From contig OZ245777.1 in the NCBI GenBank assembly GCA_965227775.1, positions 1,216,001 through 1,280,000 of the forward strand: a stretch of 64,000 nucleotides of DNA. Direction: 5' to 3'. Positions 9,045-17,754 of this stretch are shown here, in pieces (within the stretch, counting starts at the first letter, position 1; every line of letters starts with the position of its first letter). Under the pieces are notes generated by a model. The model searched no databases, was not told where the DNA came from, and saw only the letters and a program-made list of their open reading frames with translations. This DNA is from Phycisphaerales bacterium. GTDB taxonomy: Bacteria; Planctomycetota; Phycisphaerae; Phycisphaerales; UBA1924. A program made the position numbers and the translations under genes.

Positions 9045-10116
9045 AGTGGTACGCGAGGCCGCGGAGGTCCAGTTTGCAGAAGAACTGGAGGCCCTGGCCA
9101 AGAACGACACGCGCGAGCGCCCGCCGAACTGGAAGCTCTCGCCCTGGGCGGTGCTGACCTACCTCATGGGCGGCGTGCTCGACGATGGGTTCGAGGTGTC
9201 GGCCAAGTACATCGGCAATCGCCGCGTCATCGAGATCGCGATCGCCACGATGGCAACCGACCGCGCCCTGCTCTTGCTCGGCGTACCGGGGACTGCCAAG
9301 ACGTGGGTGAGCGAGCACCTGACTGCGGCGATCAGCGGCGACTCCACGCGAGTGGTGCAGGGCACAGCCGGCACCGCAGAGGAAGCGATCCGCTATGGCT
9401 GGAACTACGCGTTGCTGCTCGCCAAGGGGCCGAGCGAAGACGCGCTGGTGCAAAGCCCGGTGATGCACGCGATGCGCATCGGCGGCATCGCGCGGGTCGA
9501 AGAGCTCACGCGCATCCCCTCCGACGTCCAGGACACGCTCATCACGATCCTCTCCGAGCGGACGATGCCCATCGCCGAGTTGAACACCGAGCTGCGGGCT
9601 ATCCAAGGGTTCAACATCATCGCGACGGCCAACGACCGCGATCGGGGCGTGAATGAACTCTCAAGCGCGCTGCGCCGCCGCTTCAACACGGTCGTGTTGC
9701 CCGTGCCTGCGACGGAAGAGGAAGAAGTGGAGATCGTGCGAACACGCTCCGCTTCGCTCGGACGCAGCCTGCAGCTCCCGGGCGATGCGCCGCCGCTCGA
9801 GGAGATCCGCCGCATCGTGACGATCTTCCGCGAGCTGCGCGAGGGCAAGACCACCGATGGCAAGTCGAAGGTCAAGCAGCCGTCGGGCGCGCTCAGCCCG
9901 GCGGAGGCCATCGCCGTCGTCGTGAGCGGCCTTTCTCTCGCGGCCCACTTCGGAGACGGCACGCTGAGCGCTGCTGATGTTGCCTCGGGCCTCCACGGCG
10001 CGATCGTGAAGGATCCGACGCAGGACAGCGTCGTCTGGCGGGAGTACCTCGAGACGGTGGCCAAGGGACGCGACGGCTGGAAGGACCTGTACCGAGCCTC
10101 ACGCGAACTGCTCTAG
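9037..10116 (+). CDS. MoxR-family AAA+ ATPase (YehL-like)
   Basis: GVPGTAKTWVSEHL, QGTAGT, RVEELTR, IATANDRDRGVNELSSALRRRFN. Confidence 0.92.
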   Translation: MGEVVREAAEVQFAEELEALAKNDTRERPPNWKLSPWAVLTYLMGGVLDDGFEVSAKYIGNRRVIEIAIATMATDRALLLLGVPGTAKTWVSEHLTAAISGDSTRVVQGTAGTAEEAIRYGWNYALLLAKGPSEDALVQSPVMHAMRIGGIARVEELTRIPSDVQDTLITILSERTMPIAELNTELRAIQGFNIIATANDRDRGVNELSSALRRRFNTVVLPVPATEEEEVEIVRTRSASLGRSLQLPGDAPPLEEIRRIVTIFRELREGKTTDGKSKVKQPSGALSPAEAIAVVVSGLSLAAHFGDGTLSAADVASGLHGAIVKDPTQDSVVWREYLETVAKGRDGWKDLYRASRELL

Positions 10117-12341
10117 TGGCCGGCAGCGTGCACGTCTTCGGGATTCGCCACCACGGGCCCGGCTCGGCGCGCACCCTCTTGCGCGCGCTCGAGGAGCTCC
10201 GGCCCGACGCGGTGCTGATCGAGGGCCCGCCAGACGCAGACCACCTGCTGCCGCTTGCCGCAGCGGGCATGGAGCCCCCGGTGGCGTTGCTGGTGTACGA
10301 GGCCGCAAAGCCCGTGAACGCCGCGTTCTATCCGTTCGCGAGCTTCTCACCCGAATGGCAGGCCATCAAGTTCGCGCTCGAGCACGACACGCCCGTCGCA
10401 TTCATGGATCTTCCCTCGGCGATGATGCTCGCGCCCGCTCCCGAGTCACAGTCGCAGTCGGACTCGGAGCCGACGGATGCAATCGCGACCGAGGAGCAGC
10501 GTCCCGCCGATCCGATCGGCGAGCTCGCGGCCGCCGCGGGCTTCGACGATGGCGAGCGTTGGTGGGAGTTCATGGTCGAGCATCGCCGTGACGCATCGAT
10601 CGATGTCTTCGAGGCGATCAATGAAGCGATGGGCGCGCTCAGGGAGGATGCGCCCCAAGACCGCCGCAACGAGCGCCGTGAGGCGCACATGCGGCGCACG
10701 ATCCGCCGGACCGCGCGCGATGCCGAGCGCGTCGCGGTCGTTTGCGGTGCGTGGCATGCCCCTGCTCTCTCGAATATGCCGCCCGCCAAGCGTGATGACG
10801 AGACCCTGCGCGGCCTACCCAAGGTCAAGATCGACTGCACCTGGGTGCCCTGGTCGTACGAGCGGCTGACCTCCGCGAGCGGATACGGCGCGGGCGTCTG
10901 GTCTCCCGGGTGGTACGAGCACCTCTGGAGCCACAGCGACTCAATTACGGAACAATGGCTCACGCGAGTCGCTCGATGCCTGCGCGACCAGGACGTCGAA
11001 GCCTCGAGCGCGCACGTCATCGAGTCGGCACGCCTCGCCCAGACGCTTGCGGCTCTTCGCGGCCGGCCACTCGCCGGACTGGAAGAACTCAGCGAGGCGA
11101 CCGAGGCCGTCCTGTGCGAGGGCGACCCGACTCCCATGGCGCTGGTACACGACCGGCTCATCGTCGGGCGGCGGCTGGGCGTCGTTCCGGAGGAGGCGCC
11201 GTCCGTGCCCCTCCAGCGAGATCTGCAAGGGCTCATCAAGCGGCTCCGGTTGAAGCAGTCTGCCGATGAGCACGACCTCGACCTTGATCTCCGCAAGCCG
11301 ATCCACCTCGAACGCAGCCACTTGTTCCACAGATTGAGCGTGCTTGGCATCGCCTGGGCAGAGTCCCTGGACGTGCGGGGTAAGGCCGGCACGTTCCACG
11401 AGATGTGGCGGCTCCGATGGGAGCCCGAACTCGCGATCGCTGTCGTCGAGGCGTCCCGCTGGGGCAACACAGTGCTCGAGGCCGCCGTCGCCCGCGTTAC
11501 CGATCGCGCACGTACGGCAGACACGTTGGTCGACCTGACAAGGCTTGTCGACGACGTGCTGCTCGGAGACCTTCCCGGTGCCACCGACACCTTGGTAGAC
11601 GCGATCCGATCACGGGCCGCAACCGAGAACGATGTCGCGCAGCTTATGGATGCGCTCCCGCCGCTCACCGAGGTGCTGCGATACGGCAACGTGCGTCAGT
11701 CCGATTCGGCGCTCGTTTCCCAGGTGGTCGGGGGGCTGGCCACGCGAATCGTGGTTGGGCTCCCGGCCCAATGCCGATCCATCGACGGCGATGCCGCCCG
11801 CGAGATGGCCCATCGCATCCGCCACGTCAACGCGGCGCTCCATGGCGCCGAGGACGCCGTCGAACTTCCGGCATGGCACGCCTCGCTCAAGAGCGTTGCC
11901 GAAACAGACCACACGGGCCCTCCAATCGCGGGCACCGCCTCCAGACTACTGCTCGATGCGGGAGCGATCGACGCCGATCGTGCGGCCACGATGCTCTCGC
12001 TGTCCATGTCTCGTGCGGCCGAACCGGGCGATGCGGCCCTCTGGATCGAGGGGTTCCTGGGCGCGAGCGGCTTGCTGCTGCTGCACGACGAGCGCATGTG
12101 GACGCTCATCGATGACTGGCTGTGCGGGCTCAGCGACGATCACTTCGACCAGATCGTGCCGATCCTCCGCCGAGCGTTCTCCGAGTACCCCGCCGGTGAG
12201 CGCCGGATGATCGGCGAGCGTGCACGCTCCGCGGGCGGAGCTCCCTCGGCAACAACGCCCGAGGTAGCACTCGACACCGCGCGTGCCGAGAAGGCGGTGG
12301 AAGTGGTGGCCCAGTTGCTCGGACTCGGAGGCAAGCCATGA
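10116..12341 (+). CDS. YehM/DUF5682-like protein
   Basis: FGIRHHGPGSAR, VLIEGPPDA, FSPEWQA, REAHMR, VVCGAWH, SGYGAG. Coupled to the upstream gene (TAGTG). Confidence 0.85.
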   Translation: MAGSVHVFGIRHHGPGSARTLLRALEELRPDAVLIEGPPDADHLLPLAAAGMEPPVALLVYEAAKPVNAAFYPFASFSPEWQAIKFALEHDTPVAFMDLPSAMMLAPAPESQSQSDSEPTDAIATEEQRPADPIGELAAAAGFDDGERWWEFMVEHRRDASIDVFEAINEAMGALREDAPQDRRNERREAHMRRTIRRTARDAERVAVVCGAWHAPALSNMPPAKRDDETLRGLPKVKIDCTWVPWSYERLTSASGYGAGVWSPGWYEHLWSHSDSITEQWLTRVARCLRDQDVEASSAHVIESARLAQTLAALRGRPLAGLEELSEATEAVLCEGDPTPMALVHDRLIVGRRLGVVPEEAPSVPLQRDLQGLIKRLRLKQSADEHDLDLDLRKPIHLERSHLFHRLSVLGIAWAESLDVRGKAGTFHEMWRLRWEPELAIAVVEASRWGNTVLEAAVARVTDRARTADTLVDLTRLVDDVLLGDLPGATDTLVDAIRSRAATENDVAQLMDALPPLTEVLRYGNVRQSDSALVSQVVGGLATRIVVGLPAQCRSIDGDAAREMAHRIRHVNAALHGAEDAVELPAWHASLKSVAETDHTGPPIAGTASRLLLDAGAIDADRAATMLSLSMSRAAEPGDAALWIEGFLGASGLLLLHDERMWTLIDDWLCGLSDDHFDQIVPILRRAFSEYPAGERRMIGERARSAGGAPSATTPEVALDTARAEKAVEVVAQLLGLGGKP

Positions 12342-13492
12342 CCGATCCACGATCGAACGAGCGTCTGCGTCGCTGGCGCCTCGTGCTCGGCGGCGGAGAC
12401 GCCGACGGCACCGGCATGAGCCTGGGCCAGCACGATGCCGGCATGGACCAGACCATGGCGGCGCTGTACGGGGAAGCGGGTTCCGATGACAACGAGCGAC
12501 GCGGCGGGCTCGGTGGCTCGTCCCCGAAGGTGTCGCGTTGGCTCGGCGACATCCGCAAGTACTTCCCATCGTCCGTCGTGCGGGTGATGCAGCGAGACGC
12601 GCTCGAGCGGCTGAACCTGCAGCGGATGCTGCTAGAGCCCGAGCTGCTCGAGTCGGTCGAGGCCGACGTGCACCTGGTAGCCTCGCTCGTCTCGCTCAGC
12701 GGTGTGTTGCCCGCCAAGACCAAGGACACCGCACGCCGAGTCATCCGCAAGGTCACCGATGAGCTCATGCGCAAGCTGGAACAGAAGACCAAGCGAGCCA
12801 TCACCGGCGCGCTCAATCGTGCGGCCAGGACGAACCGCCCGCGGCACGCCGACATCGACTGGCATCGGACGATTCGCGCCAATCTGAAGCACTACCTGCC
12901 AGACTACCAGACCATCGTCCCCGAGCGCCGCATCGGTTTCGGCCGCAGGCAGCATGCGCAGCAGAAGGACATCATCCTGTGCATGGATCAGAGCGGCTCG
13001 ATGGCCACGTCGGTCGTCTACGCCGGCATCTTCGGTGGGGTGCTGTCCTCGATCCCCGCGCTCCGCACGCGCGTGGTCGCGTTCGATACCGCTGTTGTCG
13101 ACTTGACCGAAAAGGCATCCGACCCGGTGGACGTCCTCTTCGGCGTCCAGCTTGGCGGCGGCACCGACATCAACCGGGCGCTGGCGTACTGCCAGGGTCT
13201 GGTCGAGAAGCCGCGCGACACCGTGCTCGTGCTGATCACCGATCTCTACGAGGGCGGTAGCGAGGCCGGCATGCTCCGGCGCATGGCCCAGCTCGTCGGC
13301 TCGGGGGTCAACGTCGTGACACTGCTCGCCCTCAGCGACGACGGCAAGCCTATGTACGACCACAACATGGCGGCGAAACTGGCGGAACTGTCCGTACCGT
13401 GCTTTGCGTGCACGCCCGACCAGTTCCCCGATCTCATGGCGGCAGCCATCGAGAAACGTGACGTCATGGAGTGGGTCGCTCGTCAGGGCTAG
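12338..13492 (+). CDS. vWA domain protein (YehP/CoxE-like)
   Basis: MIDAS motif DQSGSM, GGGTDI, LITDLYEG; N-terminal RLRRWRLVLG. ATGA coupling. Confidence 0.9.
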   Translation: MTDPRSNERLRRWRLVLGGGDADGTGMSLGQHDAGMDQTMAALYGEAGSDDNERRGGLGGSSPKVSRWLGDIRKYFPSSVVRVMQRDALERLNLQRMLLEPELLESVEADVHLVASLVSLSGVLPAKTKDTARRVIRKVTDELMRKLEQKTKRAITGALNRAARTNRPRHADIDWHRTIRANLKHYLPDYQTIVPERRIGFGRRQHAQQKDIILCMDQSGSMATSVVYAGIFGGVLSSIPALRTRVVAFDTAVVDLTEKASDPVDVLFGVQLGGGTDINRALAYCQGLVEKPRDTVLVLITDLYEGGSEAGMLRRMAQLVGSGVNVVTLLALSDDGKPMYDHNMAAKLAELSVPCFACTPDQFPDLMAAAIEKRDVMEWVARQG

Positions 13493-13564
13493 GCGCTGCC
13501 AGATTCCGCGCCGAATCGTGGAATGCTGCAGGCAGCGTGGGCGAAGCAGCGGGTATGCTTTCGC

Positions 13565-14908
13565 ATGACCCGCCAAGCCCACCAAACCGGCAGCGCCCCA
13601 TACCACATGTGGGGTGAGGTGGGCGAAGACTTCGACCGCCCCAGCCTCGACCAGCTCGAGAACGCCTGCCGCCTGCCCGTCGCGCGGGCCGGGGCGCTCA
13701 TGCCCGATGCCCACGTCGGCTATGGCCTGCCCATCGGCGGTGTGCTGGCCACCGAGAACGCCGTCGTGCCTTATGCCGTGGGCGTTGACATCGCTTGTCG
13801 CGTGAAGATGACCGTGCTCGACATTCCTCCCAAGGAGATCGACCACGACGCCGGCCGCGACCGATTGGCCAAGGCCATCGAGCAGGAGACCCGCTTCGGC
13901 GTGGGCGCCGCCTTCGGTCGCAAGGGCGATCGCACGCCCCTGCGCGAGCACGCGGTCATGGATGAGGACTGGGGCGTCTCCAAGATCACCCAGCACAACA
14001 AGGACAAGGCCTGGAGCCAGCTCGGAACCAGCGGCTCGGGCAACCACTTCGTCGAGTTCGGCGTGCTCACGATCGGCGAGCAAGGCGATGATCTCTACGC
14101 GGACGCAGCGCCCGACGTGCCCCAGGGTGATGTCGGCAAGCCCAAGGGCCGCGCGCGCGACGCCGACCGTGCGTTCGATTTACCGCCTGGAAGATACCTT
14201 GCGCTGCTCAGCCACTCGGGCAGCCGCGGCGCCGGTGCGGCCGTGTGCGACCACTACAGCAAGCTGGCCATGCAGCTGCGCCCAGACATGGACAAGCAGA
14301 TGCGCCACCTCGCCTGGCTCGACCTCGACAGCGAGCTGGGGCGTGAGTACTGGGATGCCATGAACCTCTTGGGGCGCTACGCGTCGGCCAACCACGCGTG
14401 CATCCACCACTGGATCGCCAAGCACCTGGGCGCCCGCGTCATCGGCGGCGTCGAGAACCACCACAACTTCGCGTGGAAGGAAACGCACACTGTCACGCTT
14501 CCCGACGGATCTCAGGATGACCGCGAGCTGATCGTCCACCGCAAGGGCGCCACGCCCGCGGGCGAGGGCGTGCTGGGCATCATCCCCGGCTCGATGGCCA
14601 AGCCCGGGTACGTCGTCCGTGGAATCGGCGGCGATGGTGCGCGGCGTTCGCTCGCGTCGGCCTCCCACGGCGCGGGCCGAGTCATGAGCCGCAGCGAGGC
14701 GAAGAGGACCTTCCGCTGGAACCACGTCAAGGACGACCTCGAGCGGGCCGGCGTCACGCTGCTGAGCGCCGGCATCGACGAGAACCCACGCGTGTACAAG
14801 GACATCCGCCAGGTCATGGCCCGGCAATCGGATCTGGTCGAGCCCATCGCGCGATTCGACCCGCGCCTGGTCAAGATGGCCCCCGCCGGAGAGCGGCCCG
14901 AGGACTGA
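13565..14908 (+). CDS. rtcB: RNA ligase RtcB (copy 2)
   Basis: MPDAHVGYGLPIGGV, VGVDIAC, LGTSGSGNHFVE, HSGSRG, HHNFAW, HRKGATPA, SHGAGR. Start chosen at the ATG that follows TATGCT-N5. Confidence 0.93.
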   Translation: MTRQAHQTGSAPYHMWGEVGEDFDRPSLDQLENACRLPVARAGALMPDAHVGYGLPIGGVLATENAVVPYAVGVDIACRVKMTVLDIPPKEIDHDAGRDRLAKAIEQETRFGVGAAFGRKGDRTPLREHAVMDEDWGVSKITQHNKDKAWSQLGTSGSGNHFVEFGVLTIGEQGDDLYADAAPDVPQGDVGKPKGRARDADRAFDLPPGRYLALLSHSGSRGAGAAVCDHYSKLAMQLRPDMDKQMRHLAWLDLDSELGREYWDAMNLLGRYASANHACIHHWIAKHLGARVIGGVENHHNFAWKETHTVTLPDGSQDDRELIVHRKGATPAGEGVLGIIPGSMAKPGYVVRGIGGDGARRSLASASHGAGRVMSRSEAKRTFRWNHVKDDLERAGVTLLSAGIDENPRVYKDIRQVMARQSDLVEPIARFDPRLVKMAPAGERPED

Positions 14909-14950
14909 TGCGCGTCCTGGGACGGGCCGGCCCCGACCCTACGATGGCAC

Positions 14951-15931
14951 ATGCCCACCGACACCCAGCGGACCAGCCTCCCCGAAGCCGCCAAGGCCCT
15001 GACCAAGGGCCTCATCGACTACGCCGGCCTCTTCCCGCCCGCCAAGCTCGACATGGGCCCGGCCGTGGAGAACTTCGCGCGATACCTGCGTAGTGCCGAG
15101 GCGCCGATGCTCGGCCGCTTCGTGTGCCCGGCGGCGCGCCTGGGCGAGGTCACCAAGGCCGGCCAGATGCTCATGCCTGGCACGTTCGCGACCAGCGGCT
15201 ACCCCGAGATGGCCGGTGACGGCGAGCCGTGGCGCATCAGCGCCATCGTGCCGCACGAGAGCGCTACGCCGCTGGCCGAGAGCCTCGAGCACATCCGTGA
15301 GTTCAACCACCGCCACGAGGACGAGAGCCAGGGCCTGGCCATCGTCGACGCCATCGAGACCCCGCTCAAGCAGGTGTCCGACGCCGACGCGCTGCTCGAC
15401 GCCGTGCCCGAGCAGCTCGCCATCGCGATGGAGATTCCCGTCGCGCACAACGATGACATCCGCGGCTACATCGCCGCGCTCGCCGGCACGGGCGCCGCCG
15501 CCAAGATCCGCTGCGGCGGCATCACGGCCGACGCCATGCTCCCCGCCGAGCCGATCGTCGGCTTCATGCAGGCCTGCCGCACCGCCGGCGTCGCCTTCAA
15601 GTGCACCGCAGGCCTCCACCACGCCCTGCCGGGCGAGTACCGCCTGACCTACGAGGACAACCCTCCGATGGGCCCGATGCAGGGCTTCGTCAACACCTTC
15701 GTCGCCGCGATCCTGATCGGCGCGAAGGCGATCGACGAAGGCACGGCGCTCCAGCTCATGGCCGAGACCAACGGCGGCAACTTCGTCCTCTCCGACCAGC
15801 ACATCGGCTGGAAGGAACACACGGTGCCCGTCGCCACCGCCGTCGAGCAGCGCACCCGCTTCGCCCTCAGCTACGGGAGCTGCTCGTTCGAGGAGCCGAC
15901 CCAGGAGCTGGCCGAGCTGCTGAAGGGCTGA
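14951..15931 (+). CDS. conserved hypothetical protein (IDYAGLFPP / FKCTAGLHH / GSCSF family)
   Basis: Strong codon bias and recognisable conserved blocks. Function unknown. Confidence 0.8.
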   Translation: MPTDTQRTSLPEAAKALTKGLIDYAGLFPPAKLDMGPAVENFARYLRSAEAPMLGRFVCPAARLGEVTKAGQMLMPGTFATSGYPEMAGDGEPWRISAIVPHESATPLAESLEHIREFNHRHEDESQGLAIVDAIETPLKQVSDADALLDAVPEQLAIAMEIPVAHNDDIRGYIAALAGTGAAAKIRCGGITADAMLPAEPIVGFMQACRTAGVAFKCTAGLHHALPGEYRLTYEDNPPMGPMQGFVNTFVAAILIGAKAIDEGTALQLMAETNGGNFVLSDQHIGWKEHTVPVATAVEQRTRFALSYGSCSFEEPTQELAELLKG

Positions 15932-16088
15932 CCGAACGCGCCGGATGCGCTCAAGCCGGCGCTCCCGACGCGCCGGAAACTCCTCTTGAGGGCGCCCAGG
16001 CGGTCTCTCTATCGGACCGGGCTCGGCGATCGTTCTCGGACCAGATCTGCCCGCTAGGCGATTGAGGCGTTCGGCCCGGTAATTCTCG

Positions 16089-16118
16089 TTGACATGACTG
16101 GGGGTTTCTTGGTATCTT
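16089..16118 (+). promoter_or_regulatory. sigma70-type promoter for the FG-GAP genes
   Basis: TTGACA-N18-TATCTT with a TG extended -10. Confidence 0.6.
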
Positions 16119-16158
16119 GTACCCGCTCGCCGGCATGCCGTCGGTGTGGGGGATTCAA

Positions 16159-17697
16159 ATGTCCAAGACAAGACCCGCCGTGGCCGCTTTGGCCGTTCCC
16201 GCTCTGGTCCTGCTGTCGCTGGCCCCGGCCGAGTTGGCCAAGTCCGCCCACGCCCAGACGTGCGGTCCAGGAGAGATCTTCGTTCCCGACGTGGTGTACG
16301 CCACGCCCGATGGCCCCAACTTCGTGGCCATCGGTGACCTCAATGGCGACGGCGATAACGACCTGGCCGTGGCCAACCGCGACGCCGATAGCGTCAGCGT
16401 GCTGCTCAACAACGGCGATGGCAGCTATGCGCCCGCCGTCACCTACGCCGCGGGCGATTACTCGGCCTCCGTGGCAATTGGCGACCTCGACGGCGATGGC
16501 GACAACGACCTGGTCGTGGGCAATCGCGACAGCGACAACGCCAGCGTGCTGATGAATAACGGCGACGGGACCTTTGCGGCGGGCGTGATCTACCCCGCGG
16601 GCGGCGGGCCCCAGTCGGTGGTGATCGGGGATCTGGACGGCGACGGAGACAACGACGTCGCCGTGGCGAACGTCGACGTCGATGCCAACGACGTCACCGT
16701 GTTGCTGAACAACGGCGACGGTACTCTCGCGGCCGGCGTGCTCTACGACGTGGTTGGCTCGCCCCGCTCGGTAGCGATCGGCGACCTTGATGGCGACGGC
16801 GACAACGACCTGGTCGCGGGGAACGAGTTTGGACAGAGCGGTATCACCGTGCTGCTGAACAATGGCAACGCCACCTTCGCGGCCGGCGTGCCCTACGACA
16901 CGGGCGTCGGTCCCCTGTCCGTTGCGCTCGGCGACCTGGACGGCGACGGCGATCTGGACGTGGCGACGGCGAACTTCAGCGGTGACAACGTCAGCATCCT
17001 GCTCAACGCGGGCAACGGCACCTTCGACGCCGACGTGCGCTACGCCGCGGGCAGCGCGGGCAGTCAGCCTGCCGCCGTTGCGCTCGGCGATCTGGACGGC
17101 GACGGCGATAACGACCTGGTCGTGACGACCACCGGCGGCTCGTTCCGCGACATCTTTGTGCTGCCCAACAACGGCGATGGGACGCTCGCGTCTTCGACGC
17201 TCTACGGCGTAGACACTACGCCTGTTTCGGTGGCCGTCGGCGACCTTGACAACGACGGCGACCTGGACGCGGCGGTGGCGAATCTCAACGGCAGCAACGT
17301 CAGCGTGCTGCTCAACCGGTGCGGGCCGCCCCCGGTTATCATCACCACGCAGCCGGCCCCGGTCGTGCTGCTGCCCGCGGGCGGCGGCGTCGCGGAGCTC
17401 TCGGTCGTGGCCACGGGCGCCGCGCCGCTGGCGTACCAGTGGCGGCGCGACGGCGTGCCGCTGGCCGACGGCAGCGGCGTCTCGGGCTCGACCACGGCCA
17501 CGCTGACTATCGACGCCACCCTCGCGGACGTGGCCGTGTACGACGTGGTGGTCAGCAACGCCACCAGCGACGCCACAAGCGACCCCGGCGTCATCGCCGT
17601 GCGTCAGCCCTGCCCGGCCGACTTCGATAGCGACGGGTCGCTGACGCTCTTCGACTTCCTGGAATTCAGCAACGCGTTCAACGCCGGCTGCCCGTAG
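16159..17697 (+). CDS. secreted FG-GAP/VCBS-repeat protein with Ig domain and C-terminal GC-type dockerin half-motif
   Basis: Signal peptide; 7 GDLDGDGDxDL repeats; Ig motif ITTQP..LAYQWRRDG..YDVVVSN; C-terminus CPADFDSDGSLTLFDFLEFSNAFNAGCP. Confidence 0.88.
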   Translation: MSKTRPAVAALAVPALVLLSLAPAELAKSAHAQTCGPGEIFVPDVVYATPDGPNFVAIGDLNGDGDNDLAVANRDADSVSVLLNNGDGSYAPAVTYAAGDYSASVAIGDLDGDGDNDLVVGNRDSDNASVLMNNGDGTFAAGVIYPAGGGPQSVVIGDLDGDGDNDVAVANVDVDANDVTVLLNNGDGTLAAGVLYDVVGSPRSVAIGDLDGDGDNDLVAGNEFGQSGITVLLNNGNATFAAGVPYDTGVGPLSVALGDLDGDGDLDVATANFSGDNVSILLNAGNGTFDADVRYAAGSAGSQPAAVALGDLDGDGDNDLVVTTTGGSFRDIFVLPNNGDGTLASSTLYGVDTTPVSVAVGDLDNDGDLDAAVANLNGSNVSVLLNRCGPPPVIITTQPAPVVLLPAGGGVAELSVVATGAAPLAYQWRRDGVPLADGSGVSGSTTATLTIDATLADVAVYDVVVSNATSDATSDPGVIAVRQPCPADFDSDGSLTLFDFLEFSNAFNAGCP

Positions 17698-17754
17698 TCA
17701 CCACAGCTCTTACACGGCCACACCCGATCTCACCCGAGCTCAAGAGAGGACGTT

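Noticed and set aside
14070..14180. Insertion in RtcB copy 2 as a possible intein
   Set aside because: Only about 35 aa, with no N-terminal Cys/Ser or C-terminal His-Asn splice motifs.
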